Notes under the pieces: generated by a model
Databases searched by the model: none
What the model saw: the letters and a program-made list of their open reading frames with translations, nothing else
Told to the model about the DNA's origin: nothing
Assembly (NCBI GenBank): GCA_965249485.1
Contig: OZ252239.1
Location: 1,600,001-1,664,000 of the forward strand
DNA from: a bacterium
Lineage (GTDB): Bacteria > SM23-31
Direction: 5' to 3'
DNA: 64,000 bases
Translations under genes and position numbers: made by a program
Shown here: piece after piece, positions 21,079 to 31,802 of the stretch
How positions within the stretch are numbered: position 1 is the first letter of the stretch
Layout of the letters: each line of letters opens with the position of its first letter

Positions 21079-21136
21079 GCGTTGTGAAGCAAATTCGTGT
21101 TACATTCAACACGAATTTCAGGAGAACTATAAAATA

Positions 21137-21943
21137 TTAATTCTGATCCAATTGTACCTTTATCCATAGCTCATGATGTTGAAGCATCTGCTGGTTACCA
21201 TTGGATCCTCTTGTTCCGCCACCGGGCATGCCCCCTCTCATACCTCCTCCTCCTCGATCTCCGGAACGTCCACCACCGCCCATTGGTCTCTGGCCCGATC
21301 TTCTGCCCAACGATGCTTGTGAATTTCCTATTTCAAGTCCCAGACTGATATTATCCCCTTCTGATATGTCAATCGCAAAAGGGATACTCCTATCGCGCCG
21401 GAGGGGTATCATTATTTCAAATGTGAATCGCCCATATTCTGATTTAGATGCTCCTATAGGAGTAAATTCACCCGTTTCCGGACTGTACCCTTCTCCTAAA
21501 CGATTAACAATACTAATTCCAGTCATGCGGTTTTGCACTCGCTCTTCAAACACACTTTGCTGTTCAGGAGATAACCGATCTGTTTGTCCATTTTTACGGT
21601 TATCTTCTCCTGCAAATTCGGGAACATATTTTATCCCGATTTCCTTCTCTTTGTCTCCGTTATTGTCAAGCCAGATAGTGATTCCGTTCCTCTGAATTGA
21701 CCTGGCAAGCCCGAGGTCCTGAAAACCCATCAGTACATAGAGACGGTCATTCGTATTGCTTAATCCAATAAATACATTCGGGTCTTCAAAGTCGGTGACG
21801 GTAACATTTTCCCAGTCTGAACCGATTCCGTCAACCGTCATTGGTGTATCGATCCAAATACTTTTAACATCCTGACTCTTACAACCGTTCACGATACCCG
21901 ACAGAAGAATCAAACAAACACAAAACATTAAATTTCTCATCAT
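21137..21943 (-). CDS. Hypothetical lipoprotein with Gly-rich C-terminal segment
   Basis: Lipobox VNGC; VDG..SDW motif resembling carbohydrate-binding/DOMON-like folds; Gly/Arg/Met-rich tract. Confidence 0.65.
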   Translation of the reverse strand: MMRNLMFCVCLILLSGIVNGCKSQDVKSIWIDTPMTVDGIGSDWENVTVTDFEDPNVFIGLSNTNDRLYVLMGFQDLGLARSIQRNGITIWLDNNGDKEKEIGIKYVPEFAGEDNRKNGQTDRLSPEQQSVFEERVQNRMTGISIVNRLGEGYSPETGEFTPIGASKSEYGRFTFEIMIPLRRDRSIPFAIDISEGDNISLGLEIGNSQASLGRRSGQRPMGGGGRSGDRGGGGMRGGMPGGGTRGSNGNQQMLQHHELWIKVQLDQN

Positions 21944-22151
21944 CTTGTACCTTTATACGCTATTATTGTTATGCAATCTCGTTTAAAGTACAATACACAT
22001 AGCATATTGTTTTTGTTCACTAAAATCCTTCGATTACATTTTTGAGTCACAAAATTTTTAGTTCTGCGAATCCGTTCTCTTATTTTTATATTGCTTTAAT
22101 GCAAAATGTTAAATAAATAGTAGAGCACTAACAGACTATATAGATAGGAGC

Positions 22152-24767
22152 TTGCAGATGACGTATGTAATCAGGAAATATTTAGTACTATTGTGCATTG
22201 CGGTTATTGTGACTGGAACTGTATCATTGTCTTTTAGTCAGATTACTCCACCCGAAAATTATCTCGGTTTTCAACCGGGTGACGATTTTCATTTAGCTAC
22301 TTATGAACAGTGGGTCGGCTATATGGAACTGCTCGCGTCAGAAACAAACCGATTGCAAGTGTTCGATATGGGACCGACAAGCGAAGGCCGGCAGATGAAA
22401 TATGCTGCAATTTCTTCCGAAGAAAATTTAGCGCATCTGGACCACTACAAGAATATTACGCGTACCCTGAGTCTTGCGCAAGGAATAACAGATGAAGAAG
22501 CGACGATGCTTGCAGCAGACGGGAAAGCGGTCGTGTGGATCGATAGCGGCATCCATTCAACTGAATCGTCACCGCCGGTACAGCAGTTTCAACTTGCCTA
22601 TGACCTTGTTACCGGATCTGACAGCGAGACGGAATATGTCAGAAATAATGTGATTTTATTGCTCTTAATTGCAAATCCTGATGGTATGACGCTGGTTGCT
22701 GATTGGTATGAAAAATATCTCGGTACGGAATTCGAAACCAGCAGACCACCAGTAATTTATCATAAATATGCCGGCCATGACAATAATCGGGATGCGTTTC
22801 TGGCAAACTTGCTCGAGACTCAAAATATGAATCGTTTGTCCGGAACAGTATGGTTTCCGGAGATCATATATGCGCAGCACGAACGGGCGCCTTTTCCTGC
22901 ACGGATATGGATACCACCGAATCCTGAACCGGTCAATCCCAATATTCATCCTTTAGTTACCAGATGGAAAAACCTCATCGGTGCAGCAATGGGGCAAAGA
23001 TTTGATGCACTGGATATGTCCGGTGTAATTTCGAGAATATCATTTGACCTCTGGTATCCTGGATACCTCGACGGACCAAGTGTGGAAGGGCACAATATCC
23101 CAACGATATTAACTGAGACAGCAAACTACGGATATGCAACACCACATTTTTATACGCTGAATGACTTTCCCGATGCATACAGGGATCTGACACCTGGCAC
23201 GTTTTACCCGCGGCCGTGGGAAGGGGGATGGTGGAGATTCAAGGATGCAGTCCAGTATAATCTGACTGCATCAAAAGCGGTTCTGGTCGTTGCCGCAAAA
23301 TACCGGTATGAACTGCTCTATAATAAATATAAAATAGCAAAAGATGTCATCGAAAAGTTCAGTAGTGAACCGCCTTATGGATGGATTGTTTCGTCCGAAC
23401 AAAATGATCCGGGCACAGTAGCGCTTTTTCTCAACAGACTAATTGAATTTGGCATTGAAGTTTACACTGCAGAAAATTCATTCAGTCAGAATGGCATATC
23501 CTATCCGAAGGGTTCGTATATTATTCCGACAAGCCAGTCGTTCGGTAGTTATGTTAAAATTCTTTTTGAGTCGCAGGAATATCCCGATCTTAGGAAATAT
23601 AGCCATCTCTGGCAGGGGATTTCGCGACTTGTAGAAATAGATGGTGCACCGCTCGTTCCCTATGACGGAGTAGGGTGGACGGTTCCTGTCCAGATGGGGA
23701 TCGATGCCGCAGTGATGGATACGCCACTCGATGTGACAGTAAGCAACGCAGCGGTAGCGCTGCTGCCAGCTGGCGGAGTGAGTGGAAACGGCCCCCAATA
23801 TATCTTGTCATCTGCAGTCAATAATAGTTTTCGTGCCGTTAATCTGATACTCAGCGAAGGAGGAACTGTTAGCCGTGCTTCGAGTGCTTTTACATTTCAT
23901 GACATGGAATATCCGGGAGGTTCATTCTTAATAGAATCAGGTTCACTGAATAAAAGCACACTCCAAACAATTGCATCTGAGACAAATATTACAATGATCG
24001 GAGGTCAGCCATCGATACAAAGCCGTCAAATATCTGCAAAGCGGATTGGTCTTTATAAACCATGGACTGCAAATATGGATGCCGGCTGGATTTCGTTGAT
24101 TTTTGAAAATTATGAATTTCCGTATGAATTTATTACCGATGCTGAGATAAGGGCGGGTAACCTGTATGAACGGTTTGATGTGATTATTCTGCCCGATCAG
24201 AGAGCGTCCTCAATTATTAACGGCAACGAAAAAGGGACATTACCTCCTGAATATGTCGGGGGAATTACCAAAGCTGGTGCGGATAATTTAAAATCTTTTG
24301 TAGTAAGCGGGGGTACATTGGTATGTCACAAATTATCTTCCCAGCTGCCCATTGAGGAGTTTGATCTGCCGGTAACTAATATCCTTCAAGGTGTCTCAGT
24401 GGACAGCTTTAATTGTCCGGGTTCTATCCTGAAAATGGATTACTCATCGGAAAGTTCTCTGACATTCGGAATACCCAAAGAAGGGATAGCCTTTTTTTCT
24501 CAAGGACTTGCATTTGAGATCGATGAGAATAGTTTTGGAGCAAATGACATTGATGAGAGTCTTTCTCCGAAAGTTGCTGCTTCGTATCCGGACGGCGATC
24601 TGCTCATAAGCGGTTGGATATTGGGAGAGGAGCTGATTCAGAACAGAGCCGCTATAGTGGAAGTGCCCTACGGCGATGGAATTATCTTTCTTTTAGGATT
24701 CAGCTCTCATAACCGCTCTCAAAGCTATGCAACGTTTAAATTGCTGTTTAATACAGTCTATTATTGA
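22152..24767 (+). CDS. M14 zinc carboxypeptidase-family protein, exported
   Basis: Signal peptide; GIHSTE (HxxE), NPDG, DNNRD and QHE motifs; C-terminal GATase-like region. Confidence 0.9.
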   Translation: MQMTYVIRKYLVLLCIAVIVTGTVSLSFSQITPPENYLGFQPGDDFHLATYEQWVGYMELLASETNRLQVFDMGPTSEGRQMKYAAISSEENLAHLDHYKNITRTLSLAQGITDEEATMLAADGKAVVWIDSGIHSTESSPPVQQFQLAYDLVTGSDSETEYVRNNVILLLLIANPDGMTLVADWYEKYLGTEFETSRPPVIYHKYAGHDNNRDAFLANLLETQNMNRLSGTVWFPEIIYAQHERAPFPARIWIPPNPEPVNPNIHPLVTRWKNLIGAAMGQRFDALDMSGVISRISFDLWYPGYLDGPSVEGHNIPTILTETANYGYATPHFYTLNDFPDAYRDLTPGTFYPRPWEGGWWRFKDAVQYNLTASKAVLVVAAKYRYELLYNKYKIAKDVIEKFSSEPPYGWIVSSEQNDPGTVALFLNRLIEFGIEVYTAENSFSQNGISYPKGSYIIPTSQSFGSYVKILFESQEYPDLRKYSHLWQGISRLVEIDGAPLVPYDGVGWTVPVQMGIDAAVMDTPLDVTVSNAAVALLPAGGVSGNGPQYILSSAVNNSFRAVNLILSEGGTVSRASSAFTFHDMEYPGGSFLIESGSLNKSTLQTIASETNITMIGGQPSIQSRQISAKRIGLYKPWTANMDAGWISLIFENYEFPYEFITDAEIRAGNLYERFDVIILPDQRASSIINGNEKGTLPPEYVGGITKAGADNLKSFVVSGGTLVCHKLSSQLPIEEFDLPVTNILQGVSVDSFNCPGSILKMDYSSESSLTFGIPKEGIAFFSQGLAFEIDENSFGANDIDESLSPKVAASYPDGDLLISGWILGEELIQNRAAIVEVPYGDGIIFLLGFSSHNRSQSYATFKLLFNTVYY

Positions 24768-25035
24768 AAAATTGGTGGAGTCAATGTAACTTGATTTTTT
24801 AAACTAGTATTCATAAAAAAAGGTAAAATGAACGCGAGAAATATACCTTGCATCTTACCCTATTTTTTCTCTTATTTGTGAGGTTCTGCCCAAAAACAGA
24901 AATGTGTTATTCGACAGATTATTCTTCTTACTTCAATATTTACAATTCCTTATATATGGTGTTCATTTTCTGATATGTCTCGTATTAAGATTGCCGGAGT
25001 GGCATGTTTCTGTTCAAAATTGATGAAGAGAGATA

Positions 25036-25932
25036 ATGATAAAAACATTACGTTTTGCTTGTGTTGCGATTTTAAGTTGTTTGATAATTGTTTATGCATG
25101 TAGTAATCAAAATCAATTATCAGAAACGAAAAATCTAACATCAAAAATTGTATTTCATTCGGAGCGAAACGGGAATTATGACGTTTTTATCATGGATACC
25201 GATGGTTCAAATCAGACACAACTGACGAGCGATCCCGGAAATGACCGTTTTCCTTCATTATCTCATGACGGCAAGACAATTTTGTTCCAATCAGATCGTG
25301 ATGGAACAAGTGCAATTTATAGTGTTAATGCCGACGGATCGAACGAGCGAATGCTCATTGCTTATTCCAAGGAAGACAACTACCCGAAGTTTTCGCCTGA
25401 CGGCTCTAAAATTGCTTTCTTCGCCCTGGTCGGGGAAAATTTCGAAATAATCGTTATGAATGCCGACGGGTCAAAACCGGTCAATATTACAAATAATCCC
25501 GCAAATGATGAATCGCCAACATGGTCTCCAGACGGTTTGGAACTTGTGTTTCAGTCTGATAGGGACGGCGTCTACACAATTTTTAGAACGAATATTGACG
25601 GATCAAATCAGATTAAAGTCGTTGACAGCCCCTACCAAAATGAAAATCCTTCGTGGTCGTTTGACGGTTCTTACGTTGCATATCATTCGTACCGTCATGA
25701 TACGGCAGTAATCGTTGCTGTCGATATTTCAGGCGAAAAAGAAAGGGAAGTTTCTTCCAGCACAACTGCAAGCTCTTCACCGTCGTGGTCGAGTGACGGA
25801 ACACGTATTGTGTTTGACTCGAACCGGGATGGCGATTTTGAGATCTATTCAACGAATGCGGATGGCTCGGACATTCATCGGTTGACCAATTCTCCCGGTG
25901 AAGATGCAGGTGCATTCTGGTCACGGTTTTAA
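25036..25932 (+). CDS. TolB-like PD40-repeat beta-propeller lipoprotein
   Basis: Lipobox VYAC; repeated P.WSPDG..I.F.S.RDG motifs. Confidence 0.88.
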   Translation: MIKTLRFACVAILSCLIIVYACSNQNQLSETKNLTSKIVFHSERNGNYDVFIMDTDGSNQTQLTSDPGNDRFPSLSHDGKTILFQSDRDGTSAIYSVNADGSNERMLIAYSKEDNYPKFSPDGSKIAFFALVGENFEIIVMNADGSKPVNITNNPANDESPTWSPDGLELVFQSDRDGVYTIFRTNIDGSNQIKVVDSPYQNENPSWSFDGSYVAYHSYRHDTAVIVAVDISGEKEREVSSSTTASSSPSWSSDGTRIVFDSNRDGDFEIYSTNADGSDIHRLTNSPGEDAGAFWSRF

Positions 25933-26129
25933 TTTTTCTTACATATAATGTTTCTGCGCAAAATAAAAATATATGTAATGATTCTGATTTGGTGGACATC
26001 TGGCCTTTAGCCGTTTAGTTCACGCATTATTGATATCTATTATGCGTAATAGTTATTTAGGAATTAATATTATGTATCATGTGTTCTATTATTGGATTGT
26101 ATGTATGATTAAAATGAGGAAATACATAT

Positions 26130-26975
26130 ATGGATTTGATTCATGCGGAATTAAGTTCAAAGGATATGCTGGCACCGTACCTCGGAATTTTTAAATTTAA
26201 GCCTGAAAAACATATTGATTTTTTACCGGGGCAGTATGTGACGCTCGGAATCCGGAGAAAAGGTCTCACCGGGCCTGGAGTGAAAGAAAAGGACGGGATC
26301 GGCATGGTGTTGCGGCCGTACTCGGTAGCATCTTCTCCGGATGAGGAAGTAATTGAGCTGATAGTAACCTGGGTCCAACGGGAAGGCAGGCGGCTCGATG
26401 AGTGGGGTGTATTGACGTCTGAACTGTTTCAACCACAGCCAGGGCAGGAGTATGTGTTTTTTCCGAGGCCGAAAGGGAAGTTTTTGCTGCCTGAAGACAA
26501 AAGGGACGTCATCATGGTTGCTACCGGTACAGGAATAGCACCATTTATAAGCATATTACGGGATGCTCATTCTAAATCGCCTGACAGGCGTTATATTATT
26601 ATTCACGGTGTATCGAGACACTCCGATTTTGCATACAAAGAAGAGTTGACGAGCTATAAGGACCGGAACGTCCACTACGTACGGACAATTTCGAGAGAGC
26701 CATGTGATGAATGCGAGAGCCATTATGTCGAGGAGTATTTCTTAAATAGAAACGGAGCATCAGGCAGGCTATCGATGGAAGAAGTGGAAAATGCTGTGAA
26801 TAATGGACACACTGATAACACAAAAATTGATAACATATTAGGAAAATCACTTGCATCCGAAAGTGCCACGATCATGCTGTGTGGTAATCCTGCTATGATA
26901 GAGCACATTAAGTTCATAGCAGAAGACAAACAATTCCACGTGCATCAAGACCTCATCGTCGAATCGTACTGGTAG
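26130..26975 (+). CDS. Ferredoxin/flavodoxin-NADP+ reductase (bacterial Fpr type)
   Basis: FLPGQY, RPYSVAS, ATGTGIAPF and LCGNPAMI motifs; C-terminal ESYW. Confidence 0.88.
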   Translation: MDLIHAELSSKDMLAPYLGIFKFKPEKHIDFLPGQYVTLGIRRKGLTGPGVKEKDGIGMVLRPYSVASSPDEEVIELIVTWVQREGRRLDEWGVLTSELFQPQPGQEYVFFPRPKGKFLLPEDKRDVIMVATGTGIAPFISILRDAHSKSPDRRYIIIHGVSRHSDFAYKEELTSYKDRNVHYVRTISREPCDECESHYVEEYFLNRNGASGRLSMEEVENAVNNGHTDNTKIDNILGKSLASESATIMLCGNPAMIEHIKFIAEDKQFHVHQDLIVESYW

Positions 26976-27190
26976 CATTGGATCAATGACTTTAACATTT
27001 ACAGAAGGATTTTTGATTTTGGTGTAATTGTGAATCTGATTAACGAAATTATCGAATTGCATTTCATAGTATAATTGCTTATATTTATTGTAGTTAATAG
27101 AAGAATAAATTTAGATTATTCAATAGCTTCAAAACTTTCTGTAAGCAATTTGTGATGCATCTTTGAGATCGCCATCACAAGAATTCCAAT

Positions 27191-27214
27191 CTCGCTGTAA
27201 AGCGGGTTTTTTTT
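27191..27214 (+). terminator. Intrinsic terminator (end of fpr transcript, or leader attenuator of the next gene)
   Basis: ctcgct-gtaa-agcggg followed by T8. Confidence 0.7.
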
Positions 27215-27356
27215 GCCTGCTGCGCGAATAATACAAAAGAAAATTTTCTATGCGATATAAGCTTATTGGATCGGCCACAGTGATTCGGAATCGGTAGAAA
27301 ACAGCAATGCATTAGATAATATTTTGTATCCGGCTCCATTTTGTTTTATGGACTAA

Positions 27357-28796
27357 ATGATGAATATAGAAAACCATTCTGTTACAATTGACACAATGTT
27401 TGCTGAGTTCAGAAACGTGTATTCTGAGTTTGACAGTACTAAAATCTTAGACAAAATTCGGTCTTCCGAATACAGCAGTCTCGATAAACAGCATCATGTA
27501 TATCTCGATTATACGGGAGGGGGTCTTTATGCCGACCGGCAAATCGAAGAACACAGCGAGATGCTTCGGAACAACATTTTCGGCAATCCCCATTCGCTCA
27601 ATCCTGCTTCCGCGGCAATGACACGGAATGTTGAACAGGCGCGAGAATATATTCTCAGATTTTTCAATGCCTCACCGGATGAATACAGTGCAATTTTTAC
27701 TAAGAATGCAAGTGGTGCGCTGAAACATATCGGCGAATCATATCCTTTCGAGAAAAACGGAAAATTTCTTCTCACATTCGACAATCATAATTCAGTTAAC
27801 GGTATCCGAGAATATGCACGTGTGCACGATGCTCCTGTTGATTACATACCCCTGACACTGCCTGAAATGCGTGTCGAAGAATCGACATTGGATGATTTTC
27901 TCAAGACGGCGATTCCGAGTGGAAACAATCTTTTTGCCTATCCCGCACAGTCTAATTTTTCCGGTGTTCAGCATCCACTTGATTGGATAGAAAAAGCGCA
28001 AGCACAGGGCTGGGATGTTGTGCTCGATGCAGCCGCATTTGCAGCGACAAACCGGTTGGACCTGAGCCGGTGGAAAGCCGATTTTGTGCCCGTCTCATTT
28101 TATAAAATTTGCGGTTATCCAACCGGGATAGGCTGTCTTATAGCACGTCGGAAATCCCTGAAGAAGCTGCGCCGCCCCTGGTTTGCCGGTGGAACAATCA
28201 CCGTCGCATCGGTACAGGGTGGCTCCTATTACCTTGCCGAAGGTGAAGCAGCGTTTGAAGACGGCACCTTAAATTATCTCTCGATACCAGCCGTAGAACA
28301 GGGTTTGAAGCTTATCGATGAGATCGGTGTCGAAACAATTCACACAAGAGTTACCTGTCTGATCGGATGGCTGCTTCGGACACTGCAAGAGTTGCATCAC
28401 TCCAATGGTAAACCGCTGGTACGACTCTATGGACCAGCGTCCACAAACATGCGGGGTGGTACGGTTACCATGAATTTCTACGATCCTGAAGGGAAATTTA
28501 TAGACCACCTCATTATAGAAAAACGGGCAAGTGAAGCCATGATCTCTCTTCGAACAGGGTGTTTTTGCAATCCCGGTGGCGGAGAAATAGCACTTGGAAT
28601 ATCCAAACCGGAATTGATTGCCTGCTTCAGCCAACCTCAGGACTTAACCTTTGACGATTTTCGGCTCTGCATTGATGGTAAAAGTACTGGTGCCGTCCGT
28701 GTCTCTTTCGGAATTGTCAGTAATTTTGCTGATGCCTTCCGCTTTATTCAATTCGCCGAACTTTTTATCGATAAACCCGCCGAAAACTTTTCATGA
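27357..28796 (+). CDS. PLP-dependent class V enzyme resembling the NifS-like domain of molybdenum-cofactor sulfurase
   Basis: YLDYTG, GNPHS, HNSVNG, LDAA, SFYKICGYPTG (PLP Lys) and LRTGCFCNPG (persulfide Cys) motifs. Confidence 0.82.
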   Translation: MMNIENHSVTIDTMFAEFRNVYSEFDSTKILDKIRSSEYSSLDKQHHVYLDYTGGGLYADRQIEEHSEMLRNNIFGNPHSLNPASAAMTRNVEQAREYILRFFNASPDEYSAIFTKNASGALKHIGESYPFEKNGKFLLTFDNHNSVNGIREYARVHDAPVDYIPLTLPEMRVEESTLDDFLKTAIPSGNNLFAYPAQSNFSGVQHPLDWIEKAQAQGWDVVLDAAAFAATNRLDLSRWKADFVPVSFYKICGYPTGIGCLIARRKSLKKLRRPWFAGGTITVASVQGGSYYLAEGEAAFEDGTLNYLSIPAVEQGLKLIDEIGVETIHTRVTCLIGWLLRTLQELHHSNGKPLVRLYGPASTNMRGGTVTMNFYDPEGKFIDHLIIEKRASEAMISLRTGCFCNPGGGEIALGISKPELIACFSQPQDLTFDDFRLCIDGKSTGAVRVSFGIVSNFADAFRFIQFAELFIDKPAENFS

Positions 28797-28987
28797 TTGC
28801 ATCCGGGATAATTATTCCAACTATATCCTGCCAACAAACCATACAGAGTAATAATTTCGATAAAAAATATGCCGTTATTGCCTAAGAATACACTACCTTA
28901 TGTTGTTATTGACATCCATTGTCAAAAATTCCATTAATATGACAAATAAACCATAGAACTGTTAAATATTACACGGGAGAATTTAGC

Positions 28988-29878
28988 ATGACATATAACA
29001 AAGGTTTTTGCATAATCTTATCATGTTTCTTAGTCTTAGGAGCATGCAGTTCAGGGGAAATGGGATCTAATAGTGCTGCTTCTGATGAATCCGGTCTTTT
29101 GGGAGGCGCCATCCTGAAATCCCCGATTGGTGATGTGCCCGATGATTTGTACATGGAAACCGACGTCACTCCAACAGATGAATACAGACCTTTCACCAAA
29201 AAGCTGACTGTCTATGGTTTGACCCTGATTGGCCGAGATGATATTTCCGACGATTTTATGCGTCAAGTCGCCAAAACCATCAAAGAAATTTTTCCACAAA
29301 ATGATAGCATGGACTCTGCAATGCAGGAGGATCTGATCAGAAATATGTACGAACGCAATGCTGTGATTCCTCTCTTCCTCGGAGAAAACTTCGATATGTC
29401 TCCAGAAGATGAGGCGGTATTTGATATCACAAGAAACCGGAACAGTGTGTGCGATATTATCATGAAGGATGTACCCGGGCAGGTGATGGAGGTTGTTGAG
29501 CATATTCTTCACTATGTGAACGATACGGGATTACACTTCTCCTATCCCGAGCGATGGGGTGTCACAAAGGATTCACAGTTCTATCAGATGATGCTGGAGG
29601 CAGGTGAGAAGGGATTTTACGATTACGGATCGTATGATGATATTGAAGATGAAGAGACCCGTATTCGTGTCGCACTGCAGGAATTCGGATATTGGATCAT
29701 CTCTACCGCATGGAACCTTCAGGAGCCGTATGGCCCCCGAGAAACGTCCGAATGGACAATTAGGAATGCTGCCGAAATGCAGGAAAAATTCCCGACAATG
29801 TATCAGCTCTATGAAGAGACCGTTGCAACAATCATGGTAGCACCCAGTATCGAGACACTCGAAGAGTTTGTCAATTAA
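28988..29878 (+). CDS. Hypothetical lipoprotein, possibly zincin-like
   Basis: Lipobox LGAC; EVVEHILH followed distally by QEFGYW. Confidence 0.6.
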   Translation: MTYNKGFCIILSCFLVLGACSSGEMGSNSAASDESGLLGGAILKSPIGDVPDDLYMETDVTPTDEYRPFTKKLTVYGLTLIGRDDISDDFMRQVAKTIKEIFPQNDSMDSAMQEDLIRNMYERNAVIPLFLGENFDMSPEDEAVFDITRNRNSVCDIIMKDVPGQVMEVVEHILHYVNDTGLHFSYPERWGVTKDSQFYQMMLEAGEKGFYDYGSYDDIEDEETRIRVALQEFGYWIISTAWNLQEPYGPRETSEWTIRNAAEMQEKFPTMYQLYEETVATIMVAPSIETLEEFVN

Positions 29879-29947
29879 CTATACGCCACACTTTAGCTCT
29901 AAACACTTTTTACGCTTAGCTATGTTGTGGCAGCAGCGGTGATTTAT

Positions 29948-29989
29948 TATTAAGAGGACTTACGTTTGAATACGTAAGTCCTCTTAATA
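29948..29989. terminator. Perfect 18-bp inverted repeat, probable terminator
   Basis: tattaagaggacttacgt-ttgaat-acgtaagtcctcttaata, about 70 nt after the stop at 29878. Confidence 0.75.
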
Positions 29990-30185
29990 TATGCCGTGGG
30001 TCATGTCTATGCCAGTTTCATCCATGAGGGATTCTGCTTGAACCCTTAACAGTCACAAAATCTATGAAAGCATTATGAAATGTCATACAAACTTATTATT
30101 TTACTAAAGATAATACTTGTGCAGGTTACACAGACAAATTGGTAATGCCGTTGTGATCTGATTCCGGCTCAACTGAAGAAAGATT

Positions 30186-30971
30186 ATGAATGTAATAAAA
30201 AAATATTACGTATTACTACTATTGTTGTGTAGTATTGTAATGACGGCTGCTGGTCCTGCCGAATCTTTTCAACAGTTTCCTGAATACCGCGGGCTGATCA
30301 ACGATTTTGCCGGTGTTCTGTCGCCCGGTGTGGTGCAGAGTATGGAGCAAATCGCAATTGAGCTGGAACAGAAAACAGGCGCAGCGGTTGTTGTTGTCAC
30401 GATGGAAACTATTGACGGTGAAGATGAAACCGATTATGCCAACAAGCTATTTGAAGCATGGGGCATCGGCCAAAAGGGCGTTGACAAGGGCGTTCTGATA
30501 CTCGATGTGGTAGATATCCGGCGGATCAGGATTGAAATTGGCTATGGACTTGAGGGTATCATCCCCGACGGTCTTGCGGGCGAAATTCGCGACCGGTACA
30601 TGGTTCCGTATCTCAGTAACGACGATTTCGATAACGGTCTCGAACAGGGTTTTGCCGCTGTTGTAAGCATTATAGCGGAAGATGCAGGTGTCACACTCAC
30701 GGGCATGCCGGCACGGTCAGGACTGTCCGGAAGCAAGCAATCAGGGAGGAGCCGGATACGAGGCATAGTTCCCCTTTTATTATTTATATTATTTATGATC
30801 TTTGGACGCCGGCGCCGTGGTGGCATGCTTCCATTACTGCTCATGGGCAGCATGATGGGTGGTGGACGCAGCTGGGGAGGTGGTGGTTTTGGTGGGGGTT
30901 TTGGTGGTGGATTCGGAGGAGGTTTTGGCGGGGGTCTCAGCGGAGGTGGTGGAGCAGGTGGAAGCTATTGA
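30186..30971 (+). CDS. TPM-domain membrane protein (YgcG-like) with Gly-rich tail
   Basis: INDFAGVL, WGIGQKGVDKGVL and RIEIGYGLEGIIPD motifs; one TM segment; GGFGGG tail. Confidence 0.92.
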   Translation: MNVIKKYYVLLLLLCSIVMTAAGPAESFQQFPEYRGLINDFAGVLSPGVVQSMEQIAIELEQKTGAAVVVVTMETIDGEDETDYANKLFEAWGIGQKGVDKGVLILDVVDIRRIRIEIGYGLEGIIPDGLAGEIRDRYMVPYLSNDDFDNGLEQGFAAVVSIIAEDAGVTLTGMPARSGLSGSKQSGRSRIRGIVPLLLFILFMIFGRRRRGGMLPLLLMGSMMGGGRSWGGGGFGGGFGGGFGGGFGGGLSGGGGAGGSY

Positions 30972-31032
30972 CGCTTCCATTTGCCGGTTGCGATTGATTT
31001 TTTATATAATATTTTTTGAAGAGGGTACATTC

Positions 31033-31767
31033 ATGGCGAAGATACCGGGAAAACCGGACGAAATATTTGAAGAGTTTGAGAACGATTTTAAAGGTCTTTT
31101 TGGCGACGATCTTGTTTCTGTGATCCTCTACGGGTCTGCCGCGCGCGGTAAATATGTTCCGAAAAAGTCAGACATAAATTTTCTGATCGTTCTGACCGAT
31201 GAGGGTATCGAGCGGTTCCATTCTGCACAGCCACTTGCCAAAAAATGGAAGAAACGGAAGGTTTCAATTCCACTTTTCCTGACGGAAGACTACATCAATA
31301 GTTCGCTTGACTCGTTTCCGATAGAGTTTTTGAATATATCGAGTTATTATAAGGTGATTTTCGGCAGGGATATTTTCGAAAAAATCGAAATCGGCAAGAA
31401 CGATCTCCGGCTCCAGCTTGAACGGGAGATGAAAGGGAAACTACTGAACCTCAGACAGGCATATTTTCAGGGGGCTGGCAATCCGAAAGCAGCATCTGTG
31501 CTGATCCACGATTCTCTCGGTGCATTTCTTTCACTGTTTCCCGCGATTCTGACCGTAAAGAATGAACAATTGTCTGCCGATCCATTGGAAAACATAAAGA
31601 AAGTCGCGCAGTTGTTCGAACTCAATATTAATTTGCTCGAACGGCTCTACCGCATACGGACCGGACAGGAAAAACTGAAAAAAGCAGAATCGGATGAAGT
31701 GCTGCGGCAATATATAAAGCAGATCCGGTCGCTTGCACTTCAGACCGATGCGCTGTACGTGCATTAA
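31033..31767 (+). CDS. Nucleotidyltransferase-domain protein of the TPM/LemA cluster
   Basis: LYGSAARG...SDINF and DSFPIEF motifs; ATG at 31033 follows GAGG. Confidence 0.8.
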   Translation: MAKIPGKPDEIFEEFENDFKGLFGDDLVSVILYGSAARGKYVPKKSDINFLIVLTDEGIERFHSAQPLAKKWKKRKVSIPLFLTEDYINSSLDSFPIEFLNISSYYKVIFGRDIFEKIEIGKNDLRLQLEREMKGKLLNLRQAYFQGAGNPKAASVLIHDSLGAFLSLFPAILTVKNEQLSADPLENIKKVAQLFELNINLLERLYRIRTGQEKLKKAESDEVLRQYIKQIRSLALQTDALYVH

Positions 31768-31802
31768 TAATGTTATGAGTTTTTAATCAAAGGAGTTGTA
31801 CA

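Noticed and set aside
25036..25932. tolB of a Tol-Pal system (also 47812..48720)
   Set aside because: Propeller-only lipoproteins with no TolB N-terminal domain and no tolQRA or pal neighbours.
30855..30965. GGT/GGA-rich repeat as a VNTR or CRISPR-like array
   Set aside because: It simply encodes the Gly-rich tail typical of TPM-domain proteins. The same applies to 21200-21290.
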